A stretch of DNA of 64,000 nucleotides. Source: Hemiscyllium ocellatum (Eukaryota). A program made the position numbers and the translations under genes. Position 1 is the stretch's first letter. Every line of letters starts with the position of its first letter. Positions 38,695 to 47,351 of this stretch are shown in pieces. Below the pieces are notes generated by a model, which ran no database searches, was not told the DNA's origin, and saw nothing but the letters and a program-made list of their open reading frames with translations. The DNA is taken from the NCBI RefSeq assembly GCF_020745735.1, contig NC_083412.1:48983181-49047180 (forward strand). Direction: 5' to 3'.

Positions 38695-39937
38695 AAAGCA
38701 TGGAGAGATAAGCTAGAGGAGAGTGGGGGTGGGGAGAAAGTAGCATAGAGTACAATGGGTGAGTGGGGGAGTGGATGAAGGTGATAGGTCAGGGAGGAGA
38801 GGGTGGAGTGGACAGGTGGAAAAGGAGATAGGCATGTAGGACAAGTCCGGACAAGTCATGGGGACAGTGCTGAGCTGGAAGTTTGGAACGAGGGTGAGGT
38901 GGGGGAAGGGGAAATGAGGAAACTGTTGAAGTCTACATTGATGCCCTGGGGTTGAAGTGTTCCAAGGTGAAGATGAGGCATTCTTCCTCCAGGTGGTGAG
39001 GGAGCGGCGGTGAAGGAGGCCCAGGATCTCCATGTCCTTGGCAGAGTGGGAGGGGGAATTGAAATGTTGGGCCACAGGGCGGTGTGGTAAATTGGTGCAA
39101 GTGTCCCGGAGATGTTCTCGAAAGCACTCTGCTAGGAGGCGCCCAGTCTCCTCAATGTCGAGGAGACCACATCCGGAGCAACGGATACAATAAATTATAT
39201 TATTGGATGTGCAGGTAAAACTTTGATGGATATGGAAGGCTCCTTTAGGGCCCTGGATAGGGGTGAGAGAGGAGGTGTGGGCACAGGTTTTACAGTTCCT
39301 GCAGTGGCAGGGGAAAGTGCCAGGATGGGAGGGTGGGTTGCAGGGGGGCGTGGACCTGACCAGGTAGTCACGGAGGGAACGGTCTTTGCGGAAGGCGGAA
39401 ATGGGTGGGGAGGGAAATATATCTGTGGCGGTGGGGTCTTTTTGGAGGTGGCGGAAATGTCGGCGGATGATTTGGTTTATGCGAAGGTTTGTAGGGTGGA
39501 AGGTGAGCACCACGGGCGTTCTGCCCTTGTTACAGTTGGAGGGGTGGGGTCTGAGGGTGGATGTGCGGGATGTGGATGAGATGCATTGGAGGGCCTAGGC
39601 CTCCTTCACCACTGCTCCCTAACCACCTGGAGGAAGAACGCCTCATCTTCACCTCGGAACACTACAACCCCAGCTCATCAATGTGGACTTCAACAGTTTC
39701 CTCATTTCCCCTTCCCGCACCTCACCCTAGTTCCAAACTTCCAGCTCAGCACTGTCCCCATGACTTGTCTGGACTTGTCCTACCTGCCTATCTCCTTTTC
39801 CACCTATCCACTCCACCCTCTCCTCCCTGATCTATCACCTTTATCCCCTCCCCCACTCACCCATTGTACTCTATGCTACTTTCTCCCCACCCCCACCCTC
39901 CTCTAGCGTATCTCCATGCTTCAGGCTCACTGCCTTT

Positions 39938-39973
39938 ATTCCTGATGAAGGGCTTTTGCCCGAAACGTCGATT
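39938..39973 (+). ncRNA. Minimal hammerhead motif (intact core), sense to the IgSF pre-mRNA
   Basis: attc-CTGATGA-a-GGGC tttt GCCC-GAAA-CGTC-gatt. Confidence 0.75.
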
Positions 39974-40161
39974 TCGCTGCACTTTGGATGCTGCCTGAAC
40001 TGGTGTGCTCTTCCAGCACCACTCGTCCAGAATCTGGTTTCCAGCATCTGCAGTCATTGTTTTTACCTTATACATTTAATGGTTGGGTCCTGAGGAATGT
40101 TGCCGAACAAAGAGAGCATGGGATGCAGGTTCATAGTTCCTTAAAGGTGGTTGGGTATAGG

Positions 40162-40287
40162 GTAAAAAATGAGGTCTGCAGATGCTGGAGATCACAGCTG
40201 AAAATGTGTTGCTGGTTAAAGCACAGCAGGTTAGGCAGCATCCAAGGAATAGGAAATTCGACGTTTCGGGCATAAGCCCTTCATCAG
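40162..40287 (-). mobile_element. 126-bp hammerhead + tail mini-element
   Basis: Starts at CTGATGA with an intact core (GGGC ttat GCCC GAAA CGTC); 12-bp TSD gttgg(g/a)tatagg at 40150-40161 and 40288-40299. Confidence 0.8.
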
Positions 40288-41382
40288 GTTGGATATAGGA
40301 GTTAGGATGTCATGTTATGACTGTACAGGACATTGATTAGGCCACTTTTGGAATACTGCATGCAATTCTAGTCTCCTTCCTTTCAGAAAGATGTTGTGAA
40401 ATTTGAAAGGGTTCAGAAAAGATTTACAAGGATGTTGCCTGAGTAGGAGGATTTGAGCTATAGGAAGAGGCTGAACAGGCTGGACTGTTTTCCCTGGAGC
40501 ATCGGAGGCTGAGGGGTGACCTTACAGAAGTTTATAAAATCATGAGGGGCATGGATAGGGTGAACAGCCAAAGTCTTTTCCCAAGGGCACAGAAGTCCAG
40601 AACTAGTGGGCACAGGTTTAAGGTGAGACGGGAAAGATTTAAAAACGATCTAAGGGGCAACTTTTTCAGGCTGAGGATGGTGCATGTATGGAATAAACTG
40701 CCAGAGGAAATGATAAGGGCTGGGACAACTAGAACATTTAAAAGGTATCTGGACAAGGATACAAATATGAAGGGTATAGAGGGATATGGCTAAATGCTGG
40801 CAAATAGGAATGGATTAATTTTGGATATCTGGTGGGCATAGATAAGTTGGACCGAAGGGTCTGTAAACTCTATGACTTTATGATTACCTTAAAGTCCGTA
40901 AAATGTAAAAAATGGTGTGCATCATAACAAGTCACCCACAAACAACTCGTACTGAGAGTGCAAATTAATTCATTTTATCATTGTTTGCATCAACAAATGT
41001 CATGTAAGCACACAAGCGACTTCATTACAAAATAAACCATTCTGAAACAATGCCCTTTATTTTCTTGTAGTAAGTTATACCATATAATGCATGGGCATAG
41101 ATAAAGCACGATTGATGTTGAAATAAAAGTGAAACATGCTGGAAATCCTCAACGGGCTAGGTCACACCTGGAAAGGAAACAGAACTATTTTTTTGTGTTG
41201 ATTCATTTTCTTTATTCAACCAAAGATATAACAGTCAGTATTAAAGTAAAGTATAAATCTAAAGTGTAATAGTTTTTAAAAATTCTAAGATTTCAAGAAT
41301 TAAGATATAATATTTCAAAATCAAAATCTTAAGATATGTTCGGATGCATTGGTGGAATTTTAACTTCACAAAATGCATGGTT

Positions 41383-43985
41383 TTAGAGTCATGGAGTCAT
41401 AGAGATGTATAGCATGGAGAAAGACCCTTTGGTCCAACCCGTCCATGCTTACCAGATATCCCAACCCAATCTAATCCCACCTACCAGCATCCGACTCATA
41501 TCCCTCCAAACCCTTCCTATTCATATAATCATCCACATCCTTGTAAATCTTTTCTGAATCCTTTCAAGTTTCACAACGTCCTTCCAATAGGAAGGAGACC
41601 AGAATTGCATGCAATATTCCAACAGTGGCCTAACCAATGTCCTGTACAGCCACAACATGACCTCCCAACTCCTGTACTCAATACACTGACCAATAAAAGA
41701 AAGCATACCAAACTCCTTCACTATCCTATCTACCTGCAACTCCACTTTCAAGGAGCTATGAAACTGCACTCCAAGGTCTCTTGTTCAGCAACAGTCCCAA
41801 GGACCTTACCATTAAGTGTATAAATCCTGCTAAGGTTTGCTTTCCTAAAATGCAGCACCTCGCATTTATCTGAATTAAACTCCATCTGCCACTTCTCAGC
41901 CCATTGGCCCATCTGGTCAAGATCCTGTTGTAATCTGAGGTAACCCTCTTCACTGTCCACTACACCTCCAATTTTGGTGTCATCTGCAAACTTAGTGACT
42001 GTACCATTTATGTAAATGACAAAAAGTAGAGGATCCAGCACCGATCCTTGTGGCACTCCAATGGTCACTGGCCTCTAGTCTGAAAAACAACCCTCCATCA
42101 CCACCCTCTGTCTTCTACATTTGAGCCAGTTCTGTATCCAAATGGTTAGTTCTCCCTGTAATCCATGAGATCTAACATTGCTCATCAGTCTCCCCTGGGA
42201 ACCTTGTTGGGTGCCTTATTGAAGCCCATATAGATCACATCTACTGCTCTGCCCTCATCAATCCTCTTTGTTACTTCTTCAAAAAACTCAATCAAGTTTG
42301 TGAGACATGATTTCCCATGCACAAAGCCATGTTGACTATTCCTAATTAGTGCTTGCTTTCCAAATCCACGTACATCCTGTCCCTCAGGATTCCCTCTAAT
42401 AACTTGCCCACCACCAACATCAGGGTCATTGGTCTATAGTTCCCTGGCTTGTTCTTACCATCCTTCTTAAACAGTGGCACCACGTTAGCCAACCTCCAGT
42501 CTTCTGGCACCTCACCTGTGACTATCGATGATACAAACATCCCAACAAGAGGCCCAGCAATCATTTTGCTAGCTCCCCACAGAGTTCTCAGGTACACCTG
42601 ATCAGGTCCTGGGGATTTATCCACTTTTATGTGTTTCAAGACATCCAGCACTTCCTCCTCTGTCACATGGACATTTTTCAAGTTGTCACATCTATTTTCC
42701 TACAGTCTATATCTTCCATATCCTTTTCCATAGTAAATACTGATGCAAAATACTCGTTTAGTATCTGCCCCATCTCCTGCGGCTTCACACAAAGGCTGCC
42801 TTGCTGATCTTTGAGGGCCTCCTTCACCGCCGCTCCCTCACCACCAGACGCCTGGAGGAAGAACGCCTCATCTTCCACCTCGGAACACTTCAACCCCAGG
42901 GCATCAATGTGGACTTCAACAGTTTCCTCATTTCCCCTTCCCCCACCTCACCCTAGTTCCAAACTTCCAGCTCAGCACTGTCCCCATGACTTGCCCGGAC
43001 TTGTCCGACATGCCTATCTCCTTTTCCACCTATCCACTCCACCCTCTCCTCCCTGACCTATCACCTTCATCCCCTCCCCCAACTCACCTATTGTATTCTA
43101 TGCTACTTTTACCCCACCCCCACCCTCCTCTAGCTTATCTCTCCACGCTTCAGGCTCTCTGCCTTTATTCCTGATGAAGGACTTTTGCCCGAAACGTCGA
43201 TTTTGCTGCTCCTTGGATGTTGCCTGAACTGCTGTGCTTTTCCAGCACCACTAATCCACTAATCTTTAATGGGCCCTATTCTCTCCCTAGTTACCCTTTT
43301 GTCCTTAATGTATTTGTAAAAACCCTTTGGATTCTCCTTAATTCTATTTCCCAAAGCTATCTCATGTCCCCTTTTTGCCCTCCTGATTTCCCTCTTAAGT
43401 ATACTCCTACTGCCTTATACTCTTCTAAGAATTCACTCGATCTATCCTATCTATACCTTACAAATGTTTCCTTCTTTTTCTTAACCAAACCCTCAATTTC
43501 TCTAGTCATCCAGGATTCCCCATAACTACCAGCCTTTCCTTTCACCCTAACAGGAATATACTTTCTCTGTATTCTCATTATCTCATTTCTGAATCCTTCT
43601 CATTTTCCAGCTGTCCATTTACCTGCGAACATCTGCCCCCGAACAGCTTTTGAAAGTTCTTGCCTAATGCCATCAAAATTGGCTTTTCGCCAATTTAGAC
43701 CTTCAACTTTTAGATCTGGTCTATCCTTTTCCATCACTATCTTAAACCTAACAGAATTATGGTCGCTGGCCCCAAAATGCTCCCCCACTGACACCTCAGT
43801 CACCTGCCCTGCCTTATTTCCCAAGAGTAGGTCAAGTTTTGCACCTTCTCTAGTAGGTACATCCACATACTGAATCAGAAAATTTCTTGTACATACTTAA
43901 CAAATTCTTATCCATCTAAGCCTTTAACACTATGGTAATCCCAGTCTATGTTTGGAAAGTTAAAATCTCTTACCATAACCACTCT
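41383..43985 (-). mobile_element. CR1 ORF2 (endonuclease C-terminus, RT, 3' tail) with a PLE insert
   Basis: [52 protein letters not shown], (GACTCTAT)-type tail. Confidence 0.9.
42820..43256 (+). mobile_element. PLE 3' fragment with hammerhead (43167-43202)
   Basis: Highly similar to 39596-40040; core intact, one stem II mismatch (GGAC/GCCC); imperfect flanking repeat atcttt(g/aa)..gggcc. Confidence 0.85.
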
Positions 43986-44149
43986 ATTATTTTGATGGAG
44001 GTTGGAGGTTAAAGTGTTAAAAATTTGAATTCTGAGACATCCTTTCTACCAACCCATCCAATCCTATGCCATCTAAGCGATGGTTCAGATGGGACTCTGA
44101 AATTGCAAATTCCACTGGGCAATTACCCCTATATCTGGAGTTCTCCATA

Positions 44150-44812
44150 AGACAATAATACATAATAGCAGAAGTTAGGCCACTCAGCCCATTTAATCTG
44201 CTCTGCTATTTAATCATGGGTGACAAGTTTCTCAATCATATTCTCCTGCTTTCTCCCTGTAACCCTTGATGCCCTTGACACTCAAAAACCTATCTACCTC
44301 AGTCTTAAATTTACTCAGTGATGAGGCCTCACAGCCATCTATGGCAATGAATTCCATAGATTCACCACTCTCTGTCTGAAGATGTTCCTCCTTATCTCCA
44401 TTCTAAAAGGTCTTCCCTTAACTCTAAGGCTATGCCATCAGTTCCTAGTCTCTCCTACCAATGGGAAACATCTTCCCAACATCTACTCTGTCCAGGCCAT
44501 TCAGTATTCTATTTGTTTCAATTCGAGCCACACTCATCCTTCTATCGAGTATAGATCCAGTTCCTCATATGTTAAACTTTTCATTCCTGGGACCATTCTT
44601 GTGAATCTCCTCTGAACACACGCTCGGGTCAGTGCATCCTTCCTGAGATATGGGGCCCAAAACTGTGCATAATACCCCAAATATGGTCTGGAACCTCAGA
44701 AAAACATTGCTGCTTTTATATTCAAGTTCTTTCAAAATAAATGCCAACATTGCATTTGCCTTCCTTACAACTGACTCAACCTGCAAGTTTACCTTGAGAG
44801 AATCCAGGGCTT
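44150..44812 (-). mobile_element. CR1-clade LINE 3' fragment (different subfamily)
   Basis: QVESVVRKANAMLAFILKELEYKS; 3' UTR tail. Confidence 0.8.
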
Positions 44813-45238
44813 CCTAGATTAGAGTGGTGCTGGAAAAGCACAGCAGTTCAGGCAGCATCCGAGGAGCAGTAAAATCGACGTTTCGGGCAAAAGCCCTTCA
44901 TCAGGAATACAGGCAGAGAGCCTGAAGGGTGGAGAGATAAGTGAGAGGAGGCAGGGCATAGGAAATGACCTGGGAGTTGCAGTGGGAGAGGGACTCCCTG
45001 AGATTCTTGTAGAGAGAGGAAGAAAACTTCTTCAAGACAGGCATCCTTGCAAGAGGATTCGCAGTAGGGTTAAAATCAACTAGGTAAAAACTATGACTGC
45101 AGATGCTGGAAACCAGAGTCTAGATTAGAGTGGTGCTGGAAAAGCCCAGCAGTTCAGGCAGCATCCGAGGAGCAGTGAAATCGGCGTTTTGGGCAAAAGC
45201 CCTTCATCAGGAATATAGGCAGAGAGCCTGAAGGGTGT
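44813..45238 (-). mobile_element. Tandem PLE terminal repeats: two hammerheads 306 nt apart
   Basis: Repeats ~45120-45238 and ~44815-44945; C17-equivalent positions 45183 and 44877. Confidence 0.85.
44873..44908 (-). ncRNA. Minimal hammerhead motif (intact core)
   Basis: Reverse complement attc-CTGATGA-a-GGGC tttt GCCC-GAAA-CGTC-gatt. Confidence 0.75.
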
Positions 45239-45259
45239 ACACATACTCAGTGACGAGAC

Positions 45260-45578
45260 TTGTGGGCGGCACGGTGGCACAGTGGTTAGCACTGCTGTCT
45301 CACAGCGCCTGAGACCCGGGTTCAATTCCCGACTCAGGCGACTGACTGTGTGGAGTTTGCACGTTCTCCCCGTGTCTGCGTGGGTTTCCTCCGGGTGCTC
45401 CGGTTTTCTCCCACAGTCCAAAGATGTGCGGGTCAGGTGAATTGGCCATGCTAAATTGCCCGTAGTGTTAGGTAAGGGGTAAATGTAGGGGTATGGGTGG
45501 GTTGCGCTTCGGCGGGTCGGTGTGGACTTGTTGGGCCGAAGGGCCTGTTTCCACACTGTAAGTAATCTAATCTAATCT
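45260..45578 (+). mobile_element. V-core SINE, young copy
   Basis: Full head, V-core and tail with (TAATC)3. Confidence 0.9.
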
Positions 45579-47262
45579 ACCTCACAGCCATCTATGGCAA
45601 TGAATTCCATAGATTCACCACTCTCTGAAGATGTTTCTCCTTATCTCCATTCTAAAAGGTCTTCCCTTAACTCTAAAGCTATGCTCTCACTCCCTCCACC
45701 AAAATTAACGTGAACCCAAAGACCCAACATCCCTCCTTCTTCCACACTGGACCTGAAACCACTTTCTGCTGGACCCAATATCTCCTATCCACCCAAACCT
45801 ACCCAAAACACTCCATCACCTATCCTGTGGAAAAGCAAGCCATGACTTTCCTATAAAGATAGGCTTTGAAAATCAAATTGGCACATATATCGACTTTGGA
45901 AATTATGTCTTATCTATTCTCATTGACTTCAAAGACCACAGTGGTTTGTAAAGGCAATCAGTGATATACCCACAAGTAGATTCTCTGCTATCTTCATTGA
46001 TATAGTCAGAAGCTGTTATCATTTTTACCAACAACGTGATGCAGTATGTTTCACACCCACCAACCCACACCATCCACCAACCCCAACCATCCGGAAAAAT
46101 ACACATTATAAATCATAACTTCAAAACAATTGTGGATGGCAGTTGCCTTCCTGTAGCTTTCACAGTGTGAAATTTGTCCAGATATCACTGTACCAAAATT
46201 TCAGACCATGTTATCATTGCAGTGGAAATTTGCAGGTCGAAAAAAATACAATTGGCTTTGGAAAAACTGTTGTGACAGAACTTGATTGGCAATGTGTAAT
46301 TAAACTTCTTTAGGTACAGCCAGTCTGCCGTTATACAGCTGGCAAATATTGTGAAACCAATAAACATGTAACGCACAGCTGTCAAACCCCAGATATGGCT
46401 GATGATCTGGAGTTGTGTTACTGCATGTTTGAATGCTCATTTTTAACATTGGGAAAAGTGCAGGAGAGACAGTTTTAAGTGAAATACATTATATACTTAC
46501 ACTTGAAAAATATATCAGCATTTTGTAAACGAAATTGCAATGTTATGCAAAGGTTATGCAACTCTTGCTGTGAACTTTAAATGGTGTGAGATTTCCTGCC
46601 AGACAGTTTCTCACACCTCCGAACTTCATTGGTCTCAGGAGTCAAATCAGGAAAGCACTTCCAAGTTACACCACTATTTTCATATTGATACCTCCTCATT
46701 TCAAAGTGAAAGTGATGGCATATATTAAAACAAGATTAAACTGAGACATCAGCCTCAATTGTAATTTGCCAATCTTGCACCCCACCCCCTGATAAGCAGG
46801 AAAGGAGAATGAATTCTACATGTAGATACAGAATGACATGTACTGAAACAGGAGATGCATTTAGAATAGTTATTGGTAACATGCTTCTCTTGCAGTTAAT
46901 CAGGTGCCCTTTTATTTCAAAGGCTGGTGGATGCTTTTTTAAGATCACCGATTACATCAAAAGCAATATTTTTGGAGGCCTCCTGTTAACCCTCTCAGAT
47001 AAGACCATGCAGAAGTCTTAGAGAAGAGGAGCATAAAAGAAGTACATAACAATGGAGGAAAACAGATAAGATTTGACAGTCTCACTACTTTGTACTTAAT
47101 TATTATAGATACAAATCAATGTCCTGAATCTCCCTGTTGAGTAGAAAGCACATATGACATCTTGCAGTTCAAATTTAGTGTGCAATCATTTGTAAATATG
47201 ATTGTTGCTCTATTTCTCTAAGGAACACTCACCATAATCATATTTTATTTTTATCTCGACAG

Positions 47263-47351
47263 ATAAAACAACGAAGGATAAACAATCTCATAAAGATGGA
47301 AACAATGAAAGTGAGGACATCTATGAAAATATGGGCAGGGTACCACAATAA
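47263..47351 (+). CDS. IgSF receptor exon 5: cytoplasmic tail with EDIYENM motif and probable stop
   Basis: Strong acceptor tattttatttttatctcgacag|; phase-1 frame gives DKTTKDKQSHKDGNNESEDIYENMGRVPQ*. Total CDS 693 nt = 230 aa + stop. A weak donor at 47340 (AGG|GTACCA) and further exons cannot be excluded. Confidence 0.65.

Larger units (their letters stand above)
38606..40066. mobile_element. Fold-back Penelope-like insertion: minus arm 38606-39595 (GIY-YIG + tail), plus arm 39596-40066
   Basis: Minus ORF FTCTSNNIIYCIRCSGCGLLDIEETGRLLAECFREHL; 16-bp exact TSD cttatacatttaatgg at 38590-38605 and 40067-40082. Confidence 0.9.
38490..40882 (+). mobile_element. CR1 3' fragment carrying two PLE insertions (38606-40066, 40162-40287)
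   Basis: WQMEFNWINVR..., RPLLEYC, RGMDRVNSQSLFPR, WNKLPEE; CR1 tail ~40850-40882. Confidence 0.85.

Noticed and set aside
45125-45556. Recurrent ORF MWKQALRPNKS...CGRKPEHPEETHADTGRTCKLH (also 16605, 18327)
   Set aside because: Antisense translation of the SINE, not a gene family.
46185-46410. Hydrophobic minus-strand ORF (HIWGLTAVRYMFIGFTIFASCITADW)
   Set aside because: No recognisable family, no partner exons; compatible with chance in AT-rich intron sequence.
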